From: Candidatus Bathyarchaeum tardum
Lineage (GTDB): Archaea > Thermoproteota > Bathyarchaeia > Bathyarchaeales > Bathyarchaeaceae
Assembly: GCA_024650005.2 (NCBI GenBank)
Contig: CP122380.1
Span: forward strand, 416,001 to 480,000
Reading direction: 5' to 3'
DNA: 64,000 nt
The notes below the pieces were generated by a model. The model was not told the DNA's origin and ran no database searches. It saw only the letters and a list, made by a program, of their open reading frames with translations. This document shows positions 48,736-58,560 of this stretch, piece after piece. Every line of letters starts with the position of its first letter. The first letter of the stretch is position 1. Made by a program: the position numbers and the translations under genes.

Positions 48736-49368
48736 ATGGCAAGCTGGACTGATTGGAAACTAAGCGATATCCTTTGGGGTATCTTTATACCTGTTATTGT
48801 TGCATTCTTGATTATAATATTCCCGACAGAACTTGCAAACATCCTTGCAGAAGTTGATCCCTCTTTATCACTAAACGCTATTTTCGTTGATGGTCTTGGA
48901 CAAGCAATTCTGACTGTAGCCATTCCATTGTTCGCTGGATTAATCTGGAACCAATGGGCTGGTGGCGGTGCAGGATTCCTTCTTGGAAGCATTTATGCAC
49001 TCTTCGTTAACGACGTATATTCAGTAATGGCCGCTACGATGGGAATTGGTATATCTGGTATGGGCATGGTTGGAGACATTAGCACTCTTGGTTACGTAGT
49101 ATCTGCAATGCTTGTAGGATACATGGCTGGAGCATTAAACAAAGGTTCTTACAGCTTCCGGAGAATGGTTGTAGCTGCAATGATTGCTGCATTTGTTGCT
49201 GCGGGCTTTGAGCTGTGGACTGGATTAATTTCGCCCCTTGGCATGGTAACTGATCCACTATATTCTGGTGCACTGATTGTACTACCTAAGGTCATCTACG
49301 CAGTCATTATACCAATATTCGTTACACTCTTCGGCTGGTTTGGTATAAGTCCCAAACAGATGATGTAA
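48736..49368 (+). CDS. Small multi-pass membrane protein, possibly ECF S-component-like
   Basis: About six hydrophobic helices; Gly-rich AGLIWNQWAGGGAGFLLGS; SD AGGAG. Confidence 0.6.
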   Translation: MASWTDWKLSDILWGIFIPVIVAFLIIIFPTELANILAEVDPSLSLNAIFVDGLGQAILTVAIPLFAGLIWNQWAGGGAGFLLGSIYALFVNDVYSVMAATMGIGISGMGMVGDISTLGYVVSAMLVGYMAGALNKGSYSFRRMVVAAMIAAFVAAGFELWTGLISPLGMVTDPLYSGALIVLPKVIYAVIIPIFVTLFGWFGISPKQMM

Positions 49369-49414
49369 TACAGTGTGAAAATACTGTATTTCATCCATCT
49401 TTCTTTTCTTTTTT
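49367..49414 (+). terminator. Hairpin + T-rich terminator
   Basis: 8-bp stem AATACAGT/ACTGTATT followed by a pyrimidine/T tract. Confidence 0.5.
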
Positions 49415-49508
49415 TAATGTTAATTTTTTAGAATATCTGCTTTTGTGCAAAACATATTAAGCATATCACAGTTTAGTTTTTGGCGTATACTTTCGTCAGG
49501 GAATTATT

Positions 49509-50900
49509 ATGAAACCACATGTGACTCTTGTCAATCCCCCATATCCAAGTAATGCACATCAGCATCCCCCTTTTACTCCTTTGGGTCTTGGTTATCTGGC
49601 TGCTGTCTTGGAAAAAAACAATTATGTAGTTGACGTTATCGATTGCCAAGCTCTTGGTATATCTTATGCAGAATTCAAAACTGAACTTGCTAAAAGAAAA
49701 CCTGATATCATCGGAATGACATCTACCACTTTAACCTACAAATCTGCGTTGAAAATCGCTGAAATTGCTAAACAAATACATCCAAACTGTTTGACCATTT
49801 TGGGAGGATGTCATGTTACTTTTTGGGATGAAAATGCACTGAAAGAGTGTCCATCATTGGATGTTGTTGTTCGAAAAGAAGGTGAAAACACAATATTGGA
49901 ACTAGTTCAACGAATGGATGCTGGCAAGTCATTTAGTGACATCTTAGGTATAACATGCCGAGATGGTGACACCTTTATTCGTAACCCTGATCGACCTTAT
50001 ATTGAAGACCTTGACAGTTTGCCTTTTCCTGCTCATCATTTGTGGCCTCTTGATCATTTAAAAAAATATGGCAATGTAATATTTCCCTTGATGACCAGCC
50101 GTGGCTGTGTATACTGGTGTGAATTTTGTTCTGCTGTACGAATGTTTGGCAGAAGATACCGCATGAGAAGTGCAAAAAACGTTGTTGATGAAATGGAATA
50201 TCTTCACAAAACTTATGGCTCAAGTACTTTCACTTTCTATGATGACGCTTTCACTGTTGACCAAGTCCGTGTTGAAGAAATATGTAAAGAGTTGTATGCC
50301 CGAAATCTTAAGTTAACTTGGGATTGTGGGACTCGTGTTGACATGGTTAACAAAGAACTGCTTCAAAAAATGAAAAATGCAGGATGTATTGCTGTTTGGT
50401 TTGGTGTTGAAGCTGGTTCCCAACGTGTCTTAGATGAAATGGGCAAAGGATTTACTTCACAACTTACAAAGGACGCTTTCAAAATGGCTCAAGATATTGG
50501 GTTAATGACTATTGCAAGCGTTGTTTTTGGTTTTCCTGGTGAAACCAAAGAAACTGCTATGGAAACCATCAAGTTCATTGAAGAAATCAATCCCGATGAC
50601 GTCGGATATTACATTGCTACGCCTTATCCTGGTACTCCAATGGCTGATTATGTAACAAAGATGGGTTGGGTGAAAGTAACGGACTTTAATAAATACGATA
50701 CAGCTACGCCAATCTTTGAGTTACCTACATTGAGTATGCAAGATGTGCGCGAAATCCGTGAAAAGGCTTTTCACAGATTCTATATTCGACCAACGTACAT
50801 TATTCGAATGTTTGCTAAAGGTGGAACATACGGTTATTCTGCAACAAAAACAGCTCTTGCACATCTTCTCAGGGCAACTAAGTCCAAAATTCACAAATAA
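49509..50900 (+). CDS. B12-binding radical SAM protein, paralog 6
   Basis: LVNPPYP, GGCHVT, SRGCVYWCEFC, DDAF, GVEAG and TPYPGT. Confidence 0.92.
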   Translation: MKPHVTLVNPPYPSNAHQHPPFTPLGLGYLAAVLEKNNYVVDVIDCQALGISYAEFKTELAKRKPDIIGMTSTTLTYKSALKIAEIAKQIHPNCLTILGGCHVTFWDENALKECPSLDVVVRKEGENTILELVQRMDAGKSFSDILGITCRDGDTFIRNPDRPYIEDLDSLPFPAHHLWPLDHLKKYGNVIFPLMTSRGCVYWCEFCSAVRMFGRRYRMRSAKNVVDEMEYLHKTYGSSTFTFYDDAFTVDQVRVEEICKELYARNLKLTWDCGTRVDMVNKELLQKMKNAGCIAVWFGVEAGSQRVLDEMGKGFTSQLTKDAFKMAQDIGLMTIASVVFGFPGETKETAMETIKFIEEINPDDVGYYIATPYPGTPMADYVTKMGWVKVTDFNKYDTATPIFELPTLSMQDVREIREKAFHRFYIRPTYIIRMFAKGGTYGYSATKTALAHLLRATKSKIHK

Positions 50901-51049
50901 TCATTCAATCCTTTTTTCATGGGCTTAGTGTCTTCTATTTTTGATTTTATGATTGGGTGAGTTTTTTCTTTTTTGTTTTAAAATTAATTAGCATCTACTT
51001 GTGTTAATTCATGTTAATGTAATGCCCATATTTTGGAGGTTAGCAAAGT

Positions 51050-51877
51050 TTGTCTTTAGATAAAAATCTTCAAGAAAAAATTCGAAAAGCAAACTTGTCC
51101 CTCCATAAATATGAAGCAAAATATTATGAACTAATTCATCCCGAGATTTATAACCAGCATGAACAAAATCGGTTACTTTCTACATTAAAAAAAGCAAATG
51201 AATTAATTTTATATCCTCCGAATAGGCGGGTAAAGATGGCTCTTGATTTCGGGGCTGGAACGGGCAATGTAACAGGTAAACTGCTGAATATGGGTTTCCA
51301 CGTAACTGCAGTGGATCTTTCTGTGGAAATGTGTACGATTTTAAAAAAAAAATATTCAGATTATGTAAAATTAAAAAAACTGGTTGTTGTGAATTCTGCG
51401 GTAGAAGATTTGATTTTTGAAAAAGAATCTTTTGATTTGATAACTTGTTATTCTGTGTTGCATCATCTGCCTGATTATGTTGTTGCTGTACGTAATCTTT
51501 CCGGGTTTTTACGAAAAGGAGGGGTGATGTATTTGGATCATGAGATATCTCCCTTTTATTGGGAACCCGAACCCCATATGGTGGCGAATTTGTTAAAATT
51601 TGTATATTTATATTTGAATCCAGTGTTTAACAGTTTATATTTTCGGCTCATGGGTTTGAAACTTCCTTCTCTTGATTACGAGTTGTCTGATTACTGGTAT
51701 GCAAAAAACCATCATATAGTCCATAAAAAAATAAAAAAAGTGTTTGAAGAACAAACTTACGAACACTTTGAACGCCATGATTATCATCTTAGACGAGGAT
51801 TGTTTTTGAATTCTTTTTTCATTTTATACAAATATATTTGTAGACCTGAAACAAGTTTGTGGTTAGCAAAAAAATAA
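51050..51877 (+). CDS. Class I SAM-dependent methyltransferase
   Basis: ALDFGAGTG, AVDLS, FDLITCYSVLHHL and LRKGG; SD GGAGGT. Confidence 0.88.
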   Translation: MSLDKNLQEKIRKANLSLHKYEAKYYELIHPEIYNQHEQNRLLSTLKKANELILYPPNRRVKMALDFGAGTGNVTGKLLNMGFHVTAVDLSVEMCTILKKKYSDYVKLKKLVVVNSAVEDLIFEKESFDLITCYSVLHHLPDYVVAVRNLSGFLRKGGVMYLDHEISPFYWEPEPHMVANLLKFVYLYLNPVFNSLYFRLMGLKLPSLDYELSDYWYAKNHHIVHKKIKKVFEEQTYEHFERHDYHLRRGLFLNSFFILYKYICRPETSLWLAKK

Positions 51878-51997
51878 TATTGAATTTTTAATTTTTTCTG
51901 ATTTAAACTTACTTTTTGATAAATATTATTTTATTGTCAAGAGTGTAGCAAAATTTTTAAACTAATTGAGCTACACATAACTTGAAGGAATGGAAAA

Positions 51998-54559
51998 ATG
52001 AAATTTTCGAAAAAAAATCTAAAAATATCTACTATCACCGCGATTCTATTACTGACGATGTCTGCTAGCCTCATAGCTTTACCTACTGCCTTTGCACAAC
52101 CTGGAACAACTTGGCCCTCATTTCCAGTTTTGTCTATAATTCCTGATCAATCTGCAGTTGGCCAAGAAGTTTTGCTGTCATACGGTATTACTCGTCAAAC
52201 TGCCTGGCCACAATCAGGCTGGACAGGAATAACCGTAACCGTTACAGCACCTGACGGAAGCACACAAACTTTAGGACCTTACAATACAGACACAACCGGA
52301 TTAGGCGGCGCAGTGTTCATCCCAACAATGGCTGGAACATACAAATTCGTATGCAACTTCCCAGAACAAGACGTTACAACTAGTGTTGCAGGTCTTGAAG
52401 CAGGAACAACAATGTTAGCAAGCCACACCCCAGAAATTGAATTAGTTGTAACTGAAGATGGTGACCGGCACTTCTTCCCGGACACTCCTATGCCCGATGA
52501 ATATTGGGTAAGGCCAATTGATGCGCAAAACAGAGAATGGTTCTCAGTCGCAGGAAGCTGGCTTGATGGTAACTACAAACGGGGTCACTATAACCGAAAT
52601 GCAGATGGTAACGATGGTCCAGAAACTGGCCACATCCTATGGGAAATGATCCAAGATGTGGGCGGATTAGCTGGAGGCTTGGAAATGGGTTGGCACAGCT
52701 TTGAAGACGGAGATGCTTACGAAGGCAAATGGAGCAACCCAATGATCATCGCTGGAACCCTCATTGGAGTTAGATACGTTAGAGGGACACAAGTAACCTA
52801 TGCAGTTAACGTGCGAACTGGTGAAATGATGTGGGAGAAAGTCTTAGGAGAAGACATCGACCTAGCATTATCACCAGGCTTTGGACAAGTCTTCTATTGG
52901 ACAACAATGAACAACCACGGATGTTACGCCTACCTATGGGCAACACAAGGCAGCACATGGCACGCATTTGATCCTCTTACTGGACGATGGGAATATACCA
53001 TGACTAACGTTCCAGGAGGAACACGAGTACCCGGTCCAAACGGCGAAATTCTACTTTACAACATTAATGGAGCTGCTGGAACCCTAACAAAGTGGAACTC
53101 AACAGCAGCATACTACGACATGATGTTAGCTGGATACGGTGACAGTCCAACTGCAACATATGAGGCTGGTCGATGGAGACCAATCGGAACAACATTTGAT
53201 GCTGAATATGGAGTAGAATACACTGTTCCGGTTCCAATCGACCAACTATCAGGCGCATTATCATTTGGCTTTATGAGCTATGGTAAACTAGTAATTCCAG
53301 AAGATCGAATAATCGGTGGAAACACTGAATGGGCAGGAGGCGCTGCAGTACAAAACCCACACTTTTGGGCTATTGACCTAAGACCTGGACATGAAGGTGA
53401 ATTAATCTTCAGTAGAAACTGGGACGTACCTGAAGCAGGAGTCCACTATGACTTTGCAGGTTCACACCCATTTTCAGTAGAATATGATTTGTTCGTTGTC
53501 ACAGGAAAAGAAACCCGAAAACACTATGCAATCAGCATGACAACTGGTCAGCAACTATGGGCAACTACCGCCTTTGAACCATACAACAACGCATATTCAA
53601 ACGTCTACATGGACCCTTGGGGACAATCAATTTGTTATGGTGACAAACTCATTACTCAAGGATTCGGAGGTGTAAGTACTGCTTACAGTCTAGTTGACGG
53701 AAGTATGGTCTGGCAATACAGAGCAGGCAACGAATATGGAGAATTCTTGTTTGGAAACGATTGGTCTATTCCAGCTGCTTTCACTGCTGATGGTAAGCTC
53801 TATCTAGTCCATGCTGAGCACTCTGCTATTGATCCTAAACCACGAGGTGCACCCACAATTTGCCTTGATATCGCTACTGGTAACGAAGTCTGGAGAACTG
53901 ACGGTTTGCGGTTAGGTACCCGATGGGGTGGTCAACCAATAATCGGAGACAGCGTAATTACTGCATTTAGCTCATACGACAACACAATCGTTGCTCTCGG
54001 GAAAGGCCCAAGTGAACTAACAATTAAAGGTCCAGATACTAGTGTACCTCTTGGAAACGAAGTGCTAATTACTGGTACCGTAATGGATGTATCTCCAGGA
54101 ACTAAAGATCCTGAAGCAATGTTGCGGTTCTCCGATGGTGTGCCAGCAATTTCTGATGGTGACATGAGCGAATGGATGCTCTATGTTTACAAACACAGGC
54201 CTCGTCCAGCAAATGCAGTGGGTGTTAACGTTAAGATTGAAGCAGTAACTCCAAACATGGAATGCATACAACTAGGCACAACGACAAGCGACTCTTATGG
54301 AAAGTATGGCTTTGCATTCAAACCTGAAATGCAAGGTGTATACACAATAATTGCAACCTTTGAAGGCTCTGGTGGATACTTCGGATCAACTTCAACAACC
54401 TATGTAAATGTAGGTCAAGCAGGATCTGCATCAACCCCAATCGAACCTGACCAACCACACGGAACACCTGTAATCACTACAGAAGTAGCTATCATATTGG
54501 CTGTCGTAATTGCAGCAGTCATTGGCGTAGCAGCATTCTGGGCGCTAAAGAGGAAATAA
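51998..54559 (+). CDS. Secreted, C-terminally anchored PQQ-like beta-propeller surface protein
   Basis: Signal peptide MKFSKK..AFA; Ig-like N- and C-domains; blades AVNVRTGEMMW, AISMTTGQQLW, CLDIATGNEVW; TM plus KRK tail. Confidence 0.8.
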   Translation: MKFSKKNLKISTITAILLLTMSASLIALPTAFAQPGTTWPSFPVLSIIPDQSAVGQEVLLSYGITRQTAWPQSGWTGITVTVTAPDGSTQTLGPYNTDTTGLGGAVFIPTMAGTYKFVCNFPEQDVTTSVAGLEAGTTMLASHTPEIELVVTEDGDRHFFPDTPMPDEYWVRPIDAQNREWFSVAGSWLDGNYKRGHYNRNADGNDGPETGHILWEMIQDVGGLAGGLEMGWHSFEDGDAYEGKWSNPMIIAGTLIGVRYVRGTQVTYAVNVRTGEMMWEKVLGEDIDLALSPGFGQVFYWTTMNNHGCYAYLWATQGSTWHAFDPLTGRWEYTMTNVPGGTRVPGPNGEILLYNINGAAGTLTKWNSTAAYYDMMLAGYGDSPTATYEAGRWRPIGTTFDAEYGVEYTVPVPIDQLSGALSFGFMSYGKLVIPEDRIIGGNTEWAGGAAVQNPHFWAIDLRPGHEGELIFSRNWDVPEAGVHYDFAGSHPFSVEYDLFVVTGKETRKHYAISMTTGQQLWATTAFEPYNNAYSNVYMDPWGQSICYGDKLITQGFGGVSTAYSLVDGSMVWQYRAGNEYGEFLFGNDWSIPAAFTADGKLYLVHAEHSAIDPKPRGAPTICLDIATGNEVWRTDGLRLGTRWGGQPIIGDSVITAFSSYDNTIVALGKGPSELTIKGPDTSVPLGNEVLITGTVMDVSPGTKDPEAMLRFSDGVPAISDGDMSEWMLYVYKHRPRPANAVGVNVKIEAVTPNMECIQLGTTTSDSYGKYGFAFKPEMQGVYTIIATFEGSGGYFGSTSTTYVNVGQAGSASTPIEPDQPHGTPVITTEVAIILAVVIAAVIGVAAFWALKRK

Positions 54560-54881
54560 ACACTATTTCCCCCTTTTCTTTTTTTTATTTTCAAAATTTA
54601 TAAATCAAGACTTTCATGTTATCCTGTAATTATGGATATTGATATTTTTCAAGAAAACAATTATTCACACTTCTGAACAGAATAATATCAATCTAATGGC
54701 ACTTCTATATTGAAAACTGGCTTTTTTCTAAAATTTTTCTTCACCGCACAATTTTGATTTCAAGTCTACACATGTATGCTAACCCTGCTGTTTGATATGC
54801 AAAACAAGTTTTTCTAGGTAAGTTTATTTTTCCTGTCTATTCTAAACTATTAACTAAATTCACCTGTTGGATCGAACTTAA

Positions 54882-56294
54882 ATGGACCTGTTAACTAATC
54901 AAAAACTTTGGAATTCTGTTATAACGACTCCTCCCGTAAGGTGGATGCTAAAAAAAACACTAACTAGATGTCGTAAATGTAATAAGAGTCCCCTTGAAAC
55001 TGCCCTAGACAACTCTGCAGGAATAATGAGCTCAAAGTGTTCTTCATGTCGGGTTTATGTTCACGTTATTGAATTTTGGATTGATTTTATACAAAGAGCG
55101 TTGGGTGTAGAAGAAAATCGCCTTTCAAAACTGTTTTCAGACTCTTACGTTAGACGAGCTATCCTAAGTATTGTTTCAGGATTTTCTGAATTTGGTTTTT
55201 GTCGCCCTATACAAATTCATGCCCCTTTGCTTGTGGTCTGGAATTTTACTTACAAATGCAACCTCAACTGTAAACATTGTTACTCAAACTCTGGAGCCAG
55301 CGCAAAAAATGAGCTTTCAACCGAAGATGCACTAAAAGTTGTAGATCAACTTGCAGAATTTGGAGTGACCTCCTTAGCCTTTTCAGGTGGTGAACCCTTG
55401 ATGCGAAAAGACTTTTTTGCAGTCGCCAAACATGCGGTTGATTCTGGATTGTATGTTTCTTTAGCTACAAACGGCACATTACTTACTGAAGAAAACGTTA
55501 AAAAACTCAAAGAAATTGGTCTTCACTATGTTGAAGTAAGCCTTGACGGTTCCAACGCCAAAACCCATGACCATTTCAGGGGAAAAACAGGTGCTTTTGA
55601 GCAAACCTTGCAGGGATTAAAGAATTGCATGAACAAAAACATCTGTACTTGTGTGGCAATAACTGGAACAAAAAATAACTTGGAAGAAGTTCCTGCAGTT
55701 ATTGATATGGCAGAAGAGATGGGAATCGACAGATTCACTTTATTCAATTTTATACCTGTTGGTAGAGGCAAAGAAATTGTTGCAGCTGATCCTTCTCCTC
55801 AAGAACGGGAAAAACTTTTGAGGCTTTTTAACCAAAAATTGTCTGAAGGACTCAGAATGGCTATATTGAGCACAACTCCTCAGCTTGCTCGAGTTGCTTT
55901 GCAGTGTCAGTCTCCAACTGAAGGAGATTTGATTATGCCTTTAGCTCACATGGAAGCCACAAAAATAAGTAAACGAGCTAAAGCCCTTGCAGATTTCATT
56001 GGTGGTTGTGGTGCAGGACGATTCTATTGTGCAATTTCTCCCGAAGGACACGTTCAACCGTGCGTATTTATGCCCCTAATTGTGGGTGATCTAAAAACCC
56101 AAAAAATGGAAGATATCTGGTTGACTTCAGATGTACTTAAAGACCTCAGAAACCGTGAAAACCTGAAAGGTCGATGCAGCAAATGCGAATATAAGTATGT
56201 ATGCGGAGGATGCAGAGCACGTGCCTACGCTTACCATGATGATTATCTGATGTCTGATCCTGGCTGCATTAAACAGGTCTCAGAAGGCGACTGA
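54882..56294 (+). CDS. Radical SAM/SPASM protein with N-terminal CxxC..CxxC extension, paralog 5
   Basis: VVWNFTYKCNLNCKHCY, GGCGAGRFY and KGRCSKCEYKYVCGGCRARA; N-terminal CRKC and CSSC. Confidence 0.9.
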   Translation: MDLLTNQKLWNSVITTPPVRWMLKKTLTRCRKCNKSPLETALDNSAGIMSSKCSSCRVYVHVIEFWIDFIQRALGVEENRLSKLFSDSYVRRAILSIVSGFSEFGFCRPIQIHAPLLVVWNFTYKCNLNCKHCYSNSGASAKNELSTEDALKVVDQLAEFGVTSLAFSGGEPLMRKDFFAVAKHAVDSGLYVSLATNGTLLTEENVKKLKEIGLHYVEVSLDGSNAKTHDHFRGKTGAFEQTLQGLKNCMNKNICTCVAITGTKNNLEEVPAVIDMAEEMGIDRFTLFNFIPVGRGKEIVAADPSPQEREKLLRLFNQKLSEGLRMAILSTTPQLARVALQCQSPTEGDLIMPLAHMEATKISKRAKALADFIGGCGAGRFYCAISPEGHVQPCVFMPLIVGDLKTQKMEDIWLTSDVLKDLRNRENLKGRCSKCEYKYVCGGCRARAYAYHDDYLMSDPGCIKQVSEGD

Positions 56295-56303
56295 TGAATC
56301 CCG

Positions 56304-57497
56304 TTAAGCAGTTCCTAATAGTTCATGGTACAGGTCAATAACTTGGTTTGTAATAATATTCCATGATAGCTTTTGTTCAATCATTTCACGTCCAAGGTCA
56401 CCCATCTTTTTTGCGAGGTCAGGATTCTGCAACAAGGTCAACAGTTTTTGAGTCAACTCAGGTTCATCTCCTGCTTCAATTACAAATCCGTTTTTTCTAT
56501 CTTCCAAGAATTCTGGTATTCCTCCAACATTTGTGGAAATAACTGGCAAAGCAGTAGATTGGGCTTCTAGTATCGCAAAGGGAAAGTTTTCATAAATTGC
56601 AGGCAGCACAAAAATGTCTGAAGCAGAATAAAGTTCAGGCAATTTTTCGTCCGGAACATAACCCAAGAATTTTACATCCTTTTCGATGTTTAGTTCTTTT
56701 GCTAAGTTTCGTAGGCTTTCTTCTTTTTCTTTGAATCCTGTTCCAGATATTGCAAAAGTTACGTTACTGAATTCTTTAAGAACCAAAGGAATCGACCGCA
56801 ATAAAGGCTCTAAACCTTTACGGTGATACAAACGCCCTACAAACAAAACGATTTTATTATCTGGTTCTAATCCAAACTGTTGTCGTAGTTCTATTTTGTT
56901 TGGTCGCGGTTTGAATTTTTGTATGTCTACTCCGTTGTAGATTACGTGTATTTTTTCTGTGCTGATTCCATAAAGGTCTGTTAATTCATTAACCGTGTAT
57001 TTACTCACTGCAATCAGGGCATCTGAACGGTTCATCAACTTTTTTTCGTACGATCTTAGAACAGAATTAAACCTGAGCATCGCTTTCTCGTTGGGGTTCA
57101 ACTCTTTGGGGTTGTCACGTTTTGTTACTATGGCTTCACCTTTCCATGTAGAATGAACCGCACATACAATCGCTTTAGCTGAATCCTTTGGTATGGCAAA
57201 ATTTGGAACCAACGGAAGATTTGCGTGTATTATATCAATGCCGATTTCCTCGTCAAGTTCTTTGATTTTCTTGGATGCCGAACGAGCAAACTTCCAATAT
57301 CGGGTTAAAGCATTTCCAACACCAGTTATGTAATGAACTTTAATTCCGTTAACAGTCCTTTCTGAGTCCTGTTTATCTCGAGCAACAACATGAATATGAT
57401 GTCCCATTTGTTGCAAACTGTGAGAAAGGTAAAAAACGTAGGCTCCTGTTCCCCCAGAAATTGGGAAATATTCGGGAGTTACAAAACACACATTCAA
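56304..57497 (-). CDS. Glycosyltransferase family 4
   Basis: EYFPISGG, YNGVD, GRLYHRKG and ENFPFAILEA. Confidence 0.92.
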   Translation of the reverse strand: MNVCFVTPEYFPISGGTGAYVFYLSHSLQQMGHHIHVVARDKQDSERTVNGIKVHYITGVGNALTRYWKFARSASKKIKELDEEIGIDIIHANLPLVPNFAIPKDSAKAIVCAVHSTWKGEAIVTKRDNPKELNPNEKAMLRFNSVLRSYEKKLMNRSDALIAVSKYTVNELTDLYGISTEKIHVIYNGVDIQKFKPRPNKIELRQQFGLEPDNKIVLFVGRLYHRKGLEPLLRSIPLVLKEFSNVTFAISGTGFKEKEESLRNLAKELNIEKDVKFLGYVPDEKLPELYSASDIFVLPAIYENFPFAILEAQSTALPVISTNVGGIPEFLEDRKNGFVIEAGDEPELTQKLLTLLQNPDLAKKMGDLGREMIEQKLSWNIITNQVIDLYHELLGTA

Positions 57498-58507
57498 TGT
57501 TTATCCTCTTCTCTTGTTAATGCAATTTGAATTAAAGATGTTATTCCCCCCAATGTCCAACCAAGGGCACGAACAAAATATATAACAACCAAATACATGG
57601 CAGACCCGTCCCTATAAATTGAAGAAATTTTTGTTGCAGAAGCAACATACTGCAATAAAGTTACCGTTACTATGCCCAAAAATGCAAAAGATGGAATCCA
57701 ATGAAAGATCGTAACAAAACTAACTAAAAGCAAGATACCTGCAATTCCATACAGTATAGGTTGGGCGTTCATCCATCCGTCTGTTATCTTATCTCCCTTT
57801 GCAAGTTTAGGGTGCTTCAAATAAAGTTTCCAAGTGTTCTGACCATACTTGTATTGTTGCCGGAAAAAAGCTCCCAAAGTCGGACGATGAAAATGATAAC
57901 AAACTGCTTCAGAATCAAAAGCTATTGTATAGCCCTCTTTTGCTAGCCTTGCGCCGATGTCTGTGTCGTACTGGGTTGGAAGAGTTTCGTCAAATCCTCC
58001 AATTTTTTTAACAATCTGTTTTTTCAGTAACAGGTTCATGGTTGCGACGCGTTCAACAGATTTGGGAAGCCTTCGATACCTGTAATTTAATTCATAACCG
58101 ATAACCCTTGGAACTAGATTGTTTTTATTCCATGTTTCTACCGTTCCGCTTGCTCCAGCAATTTTTGTGTCATCTAAAAGGTTAGCAAGTTTTGTTAGCC
58201 ACTGTTTTTCTACTTTAGCGTCAGAATCTATCAACCCAATTACTTCATGTTTTGCATCGTCCAAAACAAGGTTATATGCAGCAGCAGGATTAAGCTGACT
58301 GTAAACCAGTTTAACAGAATATTTTTTTGCAATCTCTATTGTTGCATCTGTTGAGCCTCCATCAACAACAATTACTTCAAGCAATTCTTTTGGGTAATCT
58401 AACTCGAAAATTGACTGTAAGCATTCATCTAGGGTTTGGGCGCTGTTTAAGGTGGTTACTATTATGCTTACGCCTAACTCAGTATTGTTGGTTGCTTTGT
58501 TTTTCAA
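57494..58507 (-). CDS. Glycosyltransferase family 2 with C-terminal TM helices
   Basis: VSIIV, VVDGGSTD, IDSD, GGFDE and RQQYKY. Confidence 0.9.
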   Translation of the reverse strand: MKNKATNNTELGVSIIVTTLNSAQTLDECLQSIFELDYPKELLEVIVVDGGSTDATIEIAKKYSVKLVYSQLNPAAAYNLVLDDAKHEVIGLIDSDAKVEKQWLTKLANLLDDTKIAGASGTVETWNKNNLVPRVIGYELNYRYRRLPKSVERVATMNLLLKKQIVKKIGGFDETLPTQYDTDIGARLAKEGYTIAFDSEAVCYHFHRPTLGAFFRQQYKYGQNTWKLYLKHPKLAKGDKITDGWMNAQPILYGIAGILLLVSFVTIFHWIPSFAFLGIVTVTLLQYVASATKISSIYRDGSAMYLVVIYFVRALGWTLGGITSLIQIALTREEDKH

Positions 58508-58560
58508 GTGATAGCCCCTTTTTTCTGTGTTATGCTGTTGTTATTATACTAACAATTCTA

